Assembly (NCBI RefSeq): GCF_006345805.1
Contig: NC_043003.1
Coordinates: forward strand, 86,862,001-86,926,000
DNA from: Octopus sinensis
Lineage: Eukaryota
Reading direction: 5' to 3'
Length of the DNA: 64,000 bases
Below, in pieces: positions 1 through 13,352 of this stretch (its first letter is position 1; the number at the start of each line of letters is the position of its first letter). The notes beneath the pieces were generated by a model. That model ran no database searches. It was not told where the DNA came from and worked only from the letters and a program-made list of their open reading frames with translations. The translations under genes and the position numbers were made by a program.

Positions 1-356
1 ATTGTCTCACCTGAACCATATCTTCCCATGATAATAGTTTCAGTGTGAACCCTCCCCAACAAAATCACCAGTGGAAGCCACTTTAAAATACATCAACATA
101 TCTAATAATATTGTGAATACTAAAAGTTACATTCTTCTTAATTCGGCTCTTATTAAGTTAACGTATGAACAAAATCATCCCAGTTGCAAACCTCCCATCA
201 ATTTTTCAACCAGAATAAAGAGAAATTTTGCTGTTATTTTTCAAGTTAAGCAACTATTCAAACTATTTAAACTGCAAAAGTATAGACATTCTATTTGCTA
301 GCTCTGGATCCTGTTGGATTATATATTCTCCAGTTATGGTGAATTTATATAATACA

Positions 357-590
357 TATTTCTTTACTACCCACAAGGGGCTAAACATACAGGGGACAAA
401 CAAGGACAGACATAGGCATTAAGTCGATTACATCGACCCCAGTGCATAACTGGTACTTAATTTATCGACCCCGAAAGGATGAAAGGCAAAGTCGACCTCG
501 GCGGAATTTGAACTCACAACGTAACGGCAGACGAAATACCGCTTAGCATTTCGCCTGGCGTGCTAACGTTTCTGCCAGCTCGCCACCTTT
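357..590 (-). mobile_element. tRNA-derived CORE-type SINE (family A), single copy in ferritin intron 1
   Basis: On - strand: AAGGTGGCGAGCTGGCAGAA (A-box-like), GAGTTCAAATTCC (B-box), then CORE-like GACTTTGCCTTTCATCCTTTCGGGGTCGATAAATTAAGTACC. Many near-identical copies in the window. Confidence 0.85.
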
Positions 591-1099
591 AAATTTATAT
601 AATACAGCTGATAGAATTTACTATTAAACACTATTAAAATACAGCTTTTTGTTAGGATTTTACATATTTTAAACAGTTTGTCTATGAAGCTATTTTCATG
701 GTAAACTCAGTTCATATAGTTTTTTAATACCAATGAATTTAAATTTTAACTTGTCTTCATTTTAAAAATAGTTGCTTGACTGTATTTTCATTAAGCATCT
801 AAAATCCATAATTCTGATGCTATTAGTAATGTTGATGCACTAATTAACCCTTTTCTTACCATATATCTGTTGAAATACGCTGCCTTTGTTTCACTTAATT
901 TTTAAAATAATGAAGAATTTAGTAAAATTTATCATAATTGAATTGATGTTTGAATTAGTCAACAACTTCATTCTCATCCACAACAGAGACAGACTCTTGA
1001 GTTAAGACAAAAGCCTCAGTCTTTCATTGACTTCTTTGAGAACTCTTCCTCATTTATCTCTGTTGCAGTTGTTGACTGCTTCAATTATCTTGGCATGGG

Positions 1100-1635
1100 G
1101 ATTCATAGCGGCATTAGCTGTGAGTCTGAAGTCCTAAAAGGATTTGGATAGCTGCTGCAGTTATGGAGTCATTGGACAAGGGTGTTTGGTGCTACTGATA
1201 TCTGAGTAGGAGAACAAAGGTTCAAGGCTTTTAAGTGTCTAGTCCTTCTTGTCCTGCTCTATAGTTGTGAGACTTGGACACTGTTCAGGGCTCTTAGGAG
1301 TTACCTGAATTCCTTTGGTACCAGGATGCTACACAGGATTATAGATTACCATTGGTCAGATTTCATATCCAGCCAACTCTACTCAGAAACTGGGATTCAT
1401 GCTGTTATGTGTATGACTCAGGAGCACCAGCTAAGACTATTTGGCCAGGTTGCTGAACCCTGCTTAGCATGTTCTCTTCACTGAGGATTTGGCTGGGGGC
1501 CATGGCAGATGAAGAGGTATCTCTCAGAGATGGGGACTGACTGAGATTCTACTCAACAGGTCACCCAAGAGAACCTAGGAATATACCAACAAATGGTGAA
1601 TGCAGCAATGGCACATGCCCCTACACCTGACCTAA
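1100..1635 (+). mobile_element. Degraded RTE-clade LINE 3' fragment
   Basis: Frameshifted peptide SLDKGVW..YLSRRTKV..FKCLVLLVLLYSCETWTL matches the RTE C-terminal LYGCETW motif; short ACCTG-repeat tail. Confidence 0.7.
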
Positions 1636-2090
1636 AGTTGGTGTTAAGAACAAATTATTATGAAGTTCTGGCAGAAGGTTAATTTAGATCACTTTAAAAG
1701 AGAAAGTTTGTATCATTGACCCAGAGGCAGTGTCAGGTGGTATAAAAAGTGTTAGAAAGACAGTAATGATAAAACATAGCAATATTTGACTTCCTGTGTG
1801 ATTTGATGTTGGCAACAGGGGGGATTTATTATGTAAGCTCTGATTGAATAGATACAACTCTATGCTATGGCCAATTTATATTGGTCTGAATGCAAAAGAA
1901 TTAACTTTCATTCAGGTTACTTTGTTTACAAACTATGCTAAACACGGTTTAAATATATTTTCTTCATGCATTCTTGAAAATATCTAGATTTGCTATTTTG
2001 TAGCCATATTTATAATTACCTTTCAGAATTATCAATTTGCAGCCTTTGCTTCTGTCATTATATTTGATTTTACTTCCCTTTTTTTGTCAG

Positions 2091-2237
2091 GCATTTTATT
2101 TTGATCGAGATGATGTCAGTCTCCCTGGATTCCACAAGTTTTTTAAGAAGTCTTCAGATGAAGAGCGAGATCATGCAGAAAAATTCATGTCTTATCAGAA
2201 CAAACGTGGTGGCAGAATTGTACTTCAGTCAATTACG
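2091..2237 (+). CDS. Ferritin (H/soma type), coding exon 2
   Basis: Pyrimidine tract + CAG acceptor at 2088-2090 and GT donor at 2238. 147 nt encoding [49 protein letters not shown], with the EExxH ferroxidase motif. Size equals vertebrate FTH1 exon 2. Confidence 0.97.
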
Positions 2238-3067
2238 GTAAAAAAAAAAAAACATTTTTTAAAAAATTCTTCCTTATATTTGAGCATTTATCAAGCAGCA
2301 GAGTAGTATTTGCTAGTATTATGTTTTCTGTATATGTATAAAATATCCCTAAGATGGTAATGGCAAAATACTTGCTTGGATCTTTTGTTGTTGTTGCCAT
2401 AATTTCTATTTGGTAATAATTGTTTTGGTTTCAGTCCCACTGAACTCATGGATAAGTGTCTTCTATTATAGCCCTGGGCCAACCAAAGCCTTGTGATTGA
2501 ATTTCATGTACAAAAAGGAAAAGGGCCTGTTGTGTGTGTGTGTGTGTGTATATCATTATCATCATTTAACATTCTTTTTTTTTCCATGCCGGCATGGGTT
2601 GGATGATTTGACAGAAGCAGATGAGCCAGAGAGTCCTGCCAGGTTCTATGTCTGCTTTGGCATAGTTTCTACAGCTTGTTGCCAACCCATAACAATGTGT
2701 ACCAGATGCGTATGTGATACCAGAACTGGCAAGGTCACGGGTTATCTGCACGATAAGACCTCTCAACCTAGTGGGGTATGGACTGAAAGAATAAGAAATT
2801 ATGATAGAGGGAGAGGAGCAGGTGTCTTGCAAAAGAGTTATATACATGGCTTGCCCACTTGGAATGTGAGAGAGAGAAAGAAAGGGACTGATGGAAGAGT
2901 GAATGTCAGAAAATGAGCTGTGGGGCAAACAATAAACATACATACACCACACATAATCACATAATTTTACAGAGCAAATTAGATTTTTGTTCATTTTCAT
3001 TCACCTTTCTTGCCTATCAGTATCACATACATTTGCTTCACTGTTTTCTTTTTGTTTTTCCGTCAAG

Positions 3068-3193
3068 AAACCTGAACAAGATGAATGGGGCAGTGGTTTG
3101 GATGCCGTGCAAATGGCTTTGCAACTAGAGAAAAACATCAACCAGTCATTGCTTGATTTGCACAAAATTGCTGCGGACCATAGTGACAGCCAT
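3068..3193 (+). CDS. Ferritin coding exon 3
   Basis: 126 nt encoding [42 protein letters not shown], in phase 0 with exon 2. Acceptor is AAG after a T-rich tract; donor GTAAGT at 3194. Confidence 0.96.
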
Positions 3194-3594
3194 GTAAGTT
3201 TTGCTTTGTGTTTTTTGTTGTTTTTATTTAACCCTTTCATTACTGTATTTATTTTGAGATGCTCTGTTTCTCTCAATTATTTTAGTTATAACAAAAATTT
3301 TAGTAAAATAACTTAAGCTAGTGTTAGGAACATTAATTGTGACTAAGGTTTGGTGGGAGATTTTAATTCAAAACTTATGAAAACAAGACATTTGTACTAC
3401 AGAGCCAGAGCCGGGTTGGTAATGAAAGGGTTAATTACTTGTGAGAATGGGTAACATAAATTTCATTCAGATTAAAATTAAAGATTTAGGGGGTTTCATT
3501 AAGTCATGTATCAGTTGAACATTGTTATACATCAGTAAAATTTTGAATAACTATTCAGCAGAAGTGTTAATACTGCTCCCCCTGCAGAAGAAGA

Positions 3595-5736
3595 TTGTCC
3601 TGCAAGAGCCCTGTGTGGACACCATGTAAAAGGCACCTATGCCTTTATCATGTAATAGCACTTGTGCTGGTGCCATGTAAAAGCACCAATGCCAGTGCCA
3701 AGACACCCAGCACACTCTGTAAAGTGGTTGGTGTTAGGAAGAGCTATAGAAACCAAGACAAATCAAGTTGGAACCTGGTGCAACTTTGCCTTTTGCCAGC
3801 TCTGGTCAAACCATCCAACCCATGCCAGCATGGAAAACGTATGTTAAAGGGTGATGATGATGATCTGTAAATTCTTCTCTTAATAATCTTGACATTTGGG
3901 GTAAATATTCAGTCTGGCATTACAAAAATAGCAATAATAGTTTCTAGCATGAGCACAAAACCGCTAGTAGAGAGGTTTTGCTAATAGCTTTGACTCTGGT
4001 ACATGACTGGTACTGAATTTTATCAACCCTAAAAGAATGAAAAGCAAAGTTAACTTCAGTGAGATTTGAACTGTGAACATAAAAAACTGCCACCAGTCAA
4101 ATGATTCTACCAATCCTTAGTAATAACGAAATTGAATCAAGTCACAGAATATTTGCTCTTATTCAAAAATCAATGGAAATTGTAGTTGTGATACCAGTGC
4201 CGCTGGCACGTAAAAGAACCATCTGAACGTGGCCGTTGCCAGCCTCGCCTGGCACCTGTGCCAGTGGCACGTAAGCGTTAGGAAGGGCATCCAGCTGTAG
4301 AAACACTGCCAGATCAGACTGGGCCTGGTGCAGCCTTCAGGCTTCCCAGACCCCGGTCGAACCGTCCAACCCATGCTAGCATGGAAAGCGGACGTTAAAC
4401 GATGATGGTGATGATGATGATGATTTAGTATTCTCTGGTCTTGAATCACAGACAGCTTCAACTTTCTTATGTCAGCTTCAGTTAGATATTCATAGTTATC
4501 TGTTGTTTGTATTTTTTGTTTAATCTCAGGTAAACCCAAAGGATGCAGACCTGAGATCCAAGGCATTCCAACTACAATAATCTTATATCTAGGAATATGT
4601 ATGAGTAATAATAAGGAAAACTTTTGTTGAAGTGCCATCAAGTGCTACAGGCATACACAATACATGACAATGATGACATTATCCAGCATGAACATTCTTT
4701 ATTTAAGACACTAGTGTGTGATTTGAGTGATGTGTGCTATTTCTAGCAGGTCAAGCAACTATGTTGATGTCCCCCTATTGGTTTCATTATGACCTGTTAT
4801 TATGGTTGCTGTCAGCACAGAAGATATAGCTGTGTGGTTATGGAGTTCACTTTGCACCCATCTTGTTCTGGGTTTTGAACTCATTCAGTGGCATCTTCAG
4901 CAAGTGTCTTCTACCATAGCCCTTAAGTTATCTAATACCTTATAACGAAATTTAGTTGTTGGGGATTATGCAAAAGTTTGTTGTCTTTATCATCATCCAA
5001 CATTCACTTTTCATCTGGCATAGATTGCACAGGTTGTCACAGTCCACATTTCTTACTGGGTATTTCTGCTCCAACAGATTAGTGCTTGTACATGTCATTT
5101 GGTTTGGTCGCTTTGATTGGATGCCCTTCCTATCACCAACTATTTTACAGAGTGCACTAGGTGCATTTTCACATGACACCAACACTACAGATGTTAAATA
5201 TATTTTGGCAAGACGGTATTAAAGGGACCTCACAACTCACAATCCTACACTTTCTCTGCTCATTTTTCAATCACTTAAGACTGGGTGCATTTTCGTAGCA
5301 CCAGCCCTAAAGAAGTAGCATTCGCTTGCAGAGGGAGCGCTGTGGTTCTGTCATAACTCCTGAACAACAGGTGGAGTACCGAGTACTCACCACTCAGTGG
5401 ACAGAAGAGGGGAATAGGAGAGAGAGTATTAACAGCAGAAAGGTTAGAGATGGAAGTCTGAGTGCATTTCTTTCATCAGTGTATATCAGCAAAAGATATA
5501 AGCATCATTGGGAACAAACAATCAGTGAGAAATGGAGTTCTCCTTAGTATTTGTTCTGCATCAATTTACAGGCACTCCCTTGGCAGAATGGCCAGTTGGT
5601 ATCCTGTTATCAATGACACTGTTGTTTTCCATCTGAATTAGTGAAAATGATTGCATTGAAAAAAAAACCTATTATAAACAGTCTTAACAAGTTATACCCC
5701 TTAGTGCTTCATCTTGTATATGGATGTGTGAGTTTA

Positions 5737-5815
<79 letters not shown>

Positions 5816-7320
5816 GCAATATACACATACAGGCATATCCGTGGCTGTGTGATTAAGAAGTTTGCTTCTCACCCATGTAGTTTTGGGTTCAGTCCCACAA
5901 CATGCCAAAACCTTGTGAGTGAATTTGGTAAACAGAAAAGTGAAAGAAACCCACCATATATGTTTTTGTGTGTGTGTTCCTCCTTGTCTTCACTTTATGT
6001 GGTCATTGTAAATGAGTGCCACAGTCATATAAGTGGTGTTATTTGTTTCCAGTCTTCCTTGAAAAAATGTCCAGTCATGGAGAAATATTACCTTGCTTGA
6101 AACAAGTGAGTGGGAGTTAAGTTAGCAATCCAGCTGATACTAAAATACGTCTCCCTTTCCTTTTGTTTGAACTAATTCATTTGATGAAAGATAATAAACA
6201 AGATTACCTCTGGTAGCGTTTTAAACTCAGATATGGGGAGTTACAACTAAATCCAGAAAAATACATAGTGCAAACTCCACTGTTTCATCATCATCATCAT
6301 TTTATGGTCCACTTGCATGGGTCAGATGTGAGTATGCAGGCGCAGTGTTTTCTAGGTCTGGTTGCCCTTCCTGATACCAATCCCTGCCTATGAGGTAATG
6401 GTTTCCCAGTTTATTGAATAGCAAAAAAAGCAGCGAATGTACATGAAAAAAAAAGGAAATACAAACTCATTCACATGTGCACACACATACAGGGAGATTG
6501 AACCTGAAACCATGTGGTTGGGAAGTGAACTTCTTAACCACATTCATGTCTTAATGTTAATCATCGCTTGCAAATTGCTTTTACATTGAACTATTGATCA
6601 TCACCATCGTCATCATTGTTTAACGTCCACCTTCCATGCTGACATGGAGCTGACCAAGCAGGAGCCTGCACTAGATTTCTGTGTCTGTTTTGGCAAGGTT
6701 TTTACTGCTAGATGCCTTTCTTGACACCAACTACCCAGCAGAGTGGACATACTGTTTGTAGAAATTACTTGCTTCAACCTATTAGATTTTAAACCAGTCC
6801 CAGAAGACTTTGGGCTTCACAGAGGCAGTGAGTAGTGACCAAGACCTTTGGAGATATGTGGTGCTTGAGATGACCTGTCAAGCCAAGTGAAATTGTAGTT
6901 GTGGTCAATGCTGGTGTCACATTACTGACACCTGTGCCAGTGGCACATAAAAAGCACCTTTTGAGCATTGTGCTTCACGGAGGCAAAGTGTCCAGTTGCT
7001 CGTGAAAAGTACCTTTTGAGCGTTGGGCCTCATGGGAGCAATGGCAAATGACCAAGACCTTTGGCATTATGCTGTGCTTGAGAAAAAGAACCATCAGTCA
7101 TGGCAGATACTGGTGTCACGCAAATGGCACCTGTGCCAGTGGAACATGGAAACACTCATGCTGATGGCACATAAAAGTACCCATTACACTCTCAGAGTGG
7201 TTGGTGTTAGGAAGGGCATCCAGCCATAGAAACCATACCAAATCAGACTGGAGTCTGGTGCAGCCTTCCAGCTTGCCAGCCCTGATCAAACTGTTCAACA
7301 GACGTTAAATGATATTGATG
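3595..7320 (+). repeat. Intronic SINE-like copies ending in ACGTTAAA(C)GATGATG (about 3595-3864, 4180-4420, 6800-7320; inverted copies near 2560-2700 and 6600-6750)
   Basis: Shared block GTTAGGAAGGGCATCCAGC...CCAACCCATGC.AGCATGGAAA..GACGTTAAA plus (GAT)n tail, repeated several times. Confidence 0.7.
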
Positions 7321-7565
7321 ATATCTGGCCCAAAATATTCAGCCTGTCTTATGTTTAAACTGACCAAATCCAGCTTTCACACCTACCTTACAATGTCATT
7401 CTAAAAGTAAGCAATCACTTCATGGAAATCTTGAAGCTGCAAGATAATGCATGTTTAATTCAAGCCAATGTCAATAAATAAGCATTCCATCTGACAGAAT
7501 AATCTGAATATTAAAGGGTTAATCTTTTACTTTTTTATATATATATATTTTTTTATCTATTTCAG

Positions 7566-7715
7566 CTGTGTGATTTTCTTGAATCTGAATTCTTGAGTCA
7601 CCAAGTAGAATCTATTAAAGAATTAGCTGATCACCTTGCTAATTTAAAACGTGTTGGTGCTGGACTTGGAGAATATATGTTTGACAAAAGTACATTAGGC
7701 AGCTCAAACTCCTGA
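7566..7715 (+). CDS. Ferritin terminal coding exon 4
   Basis: TTTCAG acceptor; encodes [49 protein letters not shown] followed by TGA, a typical ferritin C-terminus (GLGEYMFDK). Confidence 0.97.
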   Translation: MCDFLESEFLSHQVESIKELADHLANLKRVGAGLGEYMFDKSTLGSSNS

Positions 7716-7989
7716 ACCATTTTTTTTTTGGTTGAAAGCGAAAACTATGCTGCTGTAGTCAGTGTGTACAAAGGCGTGTCATGTACTATAGTTGCTAATA
7801 GCAGCACACTGTAATTGGCTATCATCGTCAATGTGAATGAAAGTAACGATCTCAGCATGTCTTGACTCAATAAGCATAACCTTCAATAGAGTCAGGTCAA
7901 CATTCATGTCAGAATCAGTAGAAATGCTATTGAACAATACTGCATTTTTTTTTTTTTAATATATGTGTTTTGTATTATCTATGTAGGAA

Positions 7990-7995
7990 AATAAA
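7990..7995 (+). terminator. Ferritin polyadenylation signal AATAAA
   Basis: AATAAA ~275 nt after the stop, followed ~20 nt later by a T/GT-rich tract. Confidence 0.75.
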
Positions 7996-10950
7996 TATTT
8001 GATATTTCAATACTTTTCTTATGTTTTTTTTTTCTTTGTTTTAAATGTCTCTTAGTTCACAGAAATTATTGAATTTAGTTTTCTTTCCAAATCATTTGAA
8101 TAGAGCCAAAAATAAACTAAAATTGATCTAACTGATTATTGTTCTATCTACAAGAATTGACCTTCTGCTTAATTACAAGAAATCATTTTTCTGTTTTAAA
8201 GGATCAAAACTGAAGATTTGGGATATATTTCTGTTGAGCTGATATCTCTGCTTCAATTTTGTTCCTCTCTATGCTTCTTGAATTATTGTATCTATAAGAA
8301 ATATTTATTTCTTCTCTCAGTGGATCTCTGTGTTAAGTACCATTGTAGCTTCATAGACCATAAAGCATAACACCTCTTTAAATGAATGTTAACATATTTA
8401 ATGTTAGAAGCAATGAAAAGATAGTTATTGATAATTATGTGTTGAAAAAAAAAACAGTATTACTGAATCATAGGTGACCTCTTTAGACATCTTTCAGCCT
8501 TATAACCTCATCAGAATAGTATAGACTTCCTGTACTTGCCAAAATAGTAAGGGAATAAGTTTTAAGTAAATGTGCAAACTAGAAAAAAACATAAAAGACA
8601 GAGCCAGAGTGAAATGAAATGTCACTCATTAACAATATTAGCTGATATTAATATCATTGGGTTATTAACCTTAAACAAACAAAACTATTATCAAAGGGTT
8701 TTGAAATTTGGCCATCCCATATTCTAGTATACTAAACTGCATAATTCAAGTGTGTATTTTTGTTTTTAAAATTTTTCATTCAAACCCATTCTTGGTCCAG
8801 TGAAACAAACTTCTTATTTAAAGCCATCTGAATTAAAACCTTCGGTGAAAATCTCATTTTAATGACATGGCTGTGTGGTAAGAAGCTTGCTTCCCAACCA
8901 CATGGTTCTGGGTTCAGTTCCACTGCATGGCACCTTGGGCAAGTGTTTTTAATGATAGCCTTGTGATTAGATTTGGTAGACGGAACTGAAAGAATCTTGT
9001 CATAATACATACATGTATGTTTGTCACCTCCACTTGGCAACTGGTATTGGTTTCTTTATGTCCCTGTAACTTAGCAGTTTGGTAGAGACCAGCAGAATAA
9101 GTTCCAGGCTTAAAAAGATTATTATAGGAATTGATTTGCTTGACTAAAACCCTTCAAGGTGTCTCAGCATGGCTGCAGGCCAATAACCAAAATAAATGAT
9201 TTTGGCCCTACCAATTTATACCAACATTGAACTTCAGTAACAATTCTTGTCATTATCCTTAGAGTTAGAACACTTTTGATCTTTTGTTTGAGAGATTTCC
9301 CTGTGAACTAAACAACAATAACTATTGGTATTGAAGTGCTTACATAATGTTCCATAACTTTAGGTGTGGCAGTGTGTTAAGTGTTTTCTAAGTGTGCGCA
9401 AGGGTTTTCTACTGTAGCCTCAGGCCAACCAAAGCTTTGTGAGTGGATTTGGTAGATGAAAATTGATAGAAGCCCGTCTTATATATATCATCATCATCAT
9501 CGTTTAACGTCCGTTTTCTGTGCTAGCACGGGTTGGACGGGCATATACATATATTTATGTGTGTGTGTCTTTGTCTCTGTGTTTGTCCCCCCTGCCATTG
9601 CTTGACAGTTGATGTTGGTATGTTTACGTACCCATAACTTGGCGGTTTGGCAAAAGATCAATAGAGTAAGTACTAGGCTTGCAAAGAATAAGTCTTGGGG
9701 TCGATTTTTTTTTTCATTTTTCACATTTAAATGACAGATATATGTAAAGCTTACTATTTGTAAATACAGTCTCATCGATATCACTAACTTTAATTAACTG
9801 TAATCAACCATGTGCATTTGCGGGCAAATGTATGCTTACGACTGTTTTTTGTACAATAAACCAGCTGACATAAAAATTAAAAAAAGAGAAGAGATGGACA
9901 GGCAAACAGAAAGACTGGGACTGTACCCGAAACCATGTGACTGGCAAGCAAACTTTTTATCACACAGCCATGCCTAGGGCTTTAGAGAGAGTGAAGATAG
10001 AAATGAATGCATACAGTTCTTGGAAAGATCAATTCATGATAGAAAGCTTGCACTGTTTCAGCTGCAAAACCTTTCACTATTGTTCATCTCACCAGAATCG
10101 ATTTGGGGGAACACGTGCATAAATTTAAAAGAGAAAAATTCGGTTTAGCTCGGCGTGTATAGACAAAGTGAAAGAGAAGTAGATCATATTTAGTACATGG
10201 ATTCATAAGCTTTCTTTTCATTGCTGAGATAACTAAAGACTCCCTAAGATACAGTTGTAAAACGAAAGGAGAAGTGACGAATGAATGACTCCTTTCACTG
10301 CACGGTCGCTTACAATAAAAGCAAAAATGGATAAATGAATACAAGCGCCAGAAGGAAATGGAAGACGACACAACCGTAGAATGTTAAAGAGAAAGGTTTT
10401 ATTTCGGTGTTGGCAGAGTGTGTGTGCGTAATAAGTATATATATAATAATAATAGACAGGCCGTCATGCATACATAATGTGTATGTGTGTACAAACAAGT
10501 ATGTATGCGTGTGAGAAAAAATATAGAGCATTGAAAGAATCTACAGTCTAGAAGTTCAGACACAATGAAGATAAATACCAGTTCATAGTAAGGTGCACAA
10601 TAGTTGAAGTTTTGTAACAAGAAGTTGTGGCTACAATGTAGAGCGGTTGAATCACATGTCGTGTAAGCGGTTGTGGCTACTATGCTGTGCCGGTTACTTG
10701 ATACAGGAAGATTTCGCAGCTAGTACTTTCTGTTAACCACGATGAAGTAATTCACAAACAGTGAGTAGTTAAACCGGAGCGAATGTTGCTGTGTACATAG
10801 AGATGTTGTTGGCCTTGATATGATGAAGGCGACGGAGGTGAAGGTCCGGAATACTGCTGCTGGTGTCTGTCGCTGGAACTCGCTGAGTGGTCAGTGGTCG
10901 GACTTCAGAAGGTCTCGAACCAAAGACGAAATACGATTTGTTGATCTAGC

Positions 10951-11075
10951 TTTTATAGAGACTAGGAGGCTCTAACAGAGAATTTAGAAGACTGTGTCAC
11001 GTGACCTTATCAGAAGGTTACACATTGGCGCGTAATACAGCAAGAGACAAATTGCGCCAATACCAACCAATCAGA
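10951..11075 (-). promoter_or_regulatory. Putative Pol II promoter facing the - strand
   Basis: TATAAAA on - strand at 10957-10951; palindromic GTCACGTGAC (E-box/CLEAR-type) at 10996-11005; CCAAT boxes at 11024-11028 (-), 11057-11061 and 11067-11074 (CCAATCAG). The sequence is unique and retains CpG in a CpG-poor background. Confidence 0.6.
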
Positions 11076-11985
11076 GTAGTGAACACAACAGGGTCCAAAT
11101 GGCCGAAGGCTAGCTGTTATCTGCTACGTCCATATTTATGTTATATATAACAGAGAGAGAGAATTTCACTAAGCGTACGCTACACAGTGATTTGGGTAAT
11201 CGGAACCGGTATTAATCAGGACCTTGATTTGCTCTGAACTAATGCTCGTGATATATATCTCATCAAATAATGTAAAATTCTTTAAAAGACGTAAAAACAA
11301 TTTTTTTTTTCATGAAACTGAATTGGAACAGTACTAAACATTGCCACGGACCATATGTTTGATACCCTTATTTAGTATTGTTGCCAATGATACTGCACTG
11401 ACAACTTAGTATGAACTGTAACCTAAATATTCATGGTTGAGAAAGACTTGTCTCAGCTGTCACTTATAACAATAGCTATTCTGAGCATAATTATAGTGCC
11501 AACTACTGTTAATAATAGTACTCCTAGTAGAGGTAGTGGTAGTTATTATAGCAGTGATAGTGGTGGTTGAGCTGGATACATCCATTGCATAAGGTTACTA
11601 CTATCCTAAATATTCTGAACAGAAATTTGCATACAAATATATATATATACATATATGCTTGTACAAATAGATATATATATATACATGTGTGTGTGTATGG
11701 TAGACTCTCCCGTCGAAGGTGACGTATGAGCGTTCAGCTTTCGCCGAATGACCTACATAAATGATTTGTTTATTGTGACCAAATATTCGTGCGCTCATTA
11801 GTTCGCTCTGTCCAATCAAATCGACGTTGTCTGAACAGGTGCACGGTGTGACACACGTCAGGTGTCAAAGAGATCACGGAGCAACGTAAAATGAAGTGTT
11901 TTGCTCAAGAATATGACATGCCACCCGGTCTAAGAACTGAAATCTCAATCTCGCGAACGCGAGTTCAACACCCTAACCACTAAGC

Positions 11986-12024
<39 letters not shown>

Positions 12025-12107
12025 GTATGTATGTATATGTATATATATATATGGGTGTGTGTATGAATATATAAATATATATATATATATATATATGTGG
12101 AAATACA

Positions 12108-12138
<31 letters not shown>

Positions 12139-12649
12139 GTATGTATATTGTGCAAAAAAAGGGTTGTTTTTTTTTTTAAGAAGGGAAATTAGTTAAGAAA
12201 AAACAAATAGAGTGTATTAGGTTTACAGTAATGTAAAAATAGAAGGAAAAGTCTCAACTCAGCTGAGTTGAGATTCTGAAATGAGTTACAACGTCACTGT
12301 TGCCAAGTTGTATGGCCATTTGCCTTTCCCTTGGATAACATCGGTGGCGTGGAGAGGAGAGGAGAGGGTGGTATGCATAGACGACTGTTAGTCTTCTATA
12401 AACAACCTTGGCCGGACTTGTACCTCGGAGGGTAACTTTCTAGGTGCAATCCCATGGTCATTCATGACCGAAGGGGTCTTTACCCTTTTTACACACGCAC
12501 ATGTATGTACGTTTGTATGTATGTATGTATGTATGTTCGTATATTTGTACGTATGTATGTATGTTCGTACGTATATATGATTTTTCTTTAAATTTAAGTT
12601 CTTAAGACAGTTCAAGCTGGTCGCTAACAGAGCAAGAAGACTTTAGTAT

Positions 12650-12780
12650 AGACCTCCTTGACTCAAGTTAGAGAAGGGGTGCGTATTATACACAATGTTT
12701 AGGTTTTGCAGAGGTACAGCCCCCTAAAAATCCCCTGCGTATTATACTAAAGGGCGGACTATACGCGACAATTTACGGTA
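12650..12780. mobile_element. pogo/Tigger-like DNA transposon end
   Basis: Repeated GCGTATTATAC subterminal motifs ending in AATTTACGG followed by TA. Confidence 0.5.
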
Positions 12781-12918
12781 TATATAATAAAGAAGAGAGG
12801 GGAATTTCACTCGAGTGTACGCTACATATGTATTCCAATGCATATAGTTGCTTGTCTAAACATGCTCATATATACTTAAATGATAAACTTCTGGAAAGTT
12901 GTATGTATGTATTATGTA

Positions 12919-13352
12919 TTTGAGAAATCTCGAGTTGCGCATGAGAAAGTAAGGAGGGATATCAGGAAGGGCATCGCTGTTACGCTTCCAGATGGGAAGA
13001 GTCTTCCTATGTTGCTGACATGCTGTGTCTGTGCAAGGCCCTGCCTCAGTAAAGAGTCATCTTCGTAGTCATAAAGCGAAACAGATGAGTGACAACTTGG
13101 CCACTGGTGGTGGTGTAACACACCATACTAATCATTTCTGTCAGGCATGTGGAAGAGAGTGTAATTCAGCAGGAGGACTTAAACGACATGTAAAGGTACA
13201 TGAAGCCCAGTTACAACTACAGCCGGCTATTGCCATTTCTGTACAAGACATTGTAGATCTTTAGCTGGGCTAAAATGTCACATTCGATCACAGCATCAAT
13301 ACCAGTTAAGCTTCGTGCAATGGCCATACTCGATAACGAGGGGGCAGCCATC
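12919..13352 (+). mobile_element. 5'-truncated RTE/RTE-X LINE 3' end with C2H2-like fingers
   Basis: Peptides CCVCARPCLSK..HLRSH and CQACGRECNSAGGLKRHVKVH; 12-bp TSD ATGTATTATGTA at 12907-12918 and 13353-13364. Confidence 0.75.

Noticed and set aside
7748-7785. CAGTGT IRE-like loop in the ferritin 3' UTR
   Set aside because: No 5-bp upper stem with a bulged C; the canonical ferritin IRE is in the 5' UTR, outside the window.
10890-10970. Resemblance to RNase P, MRP, 7SK or telomerase RNA (GAAGGTCT, GGTTCG..CTGAAG)
   Set aside because: No partner P4/CR-V motif or telomeric template found; the promoter looks Pol II-type.
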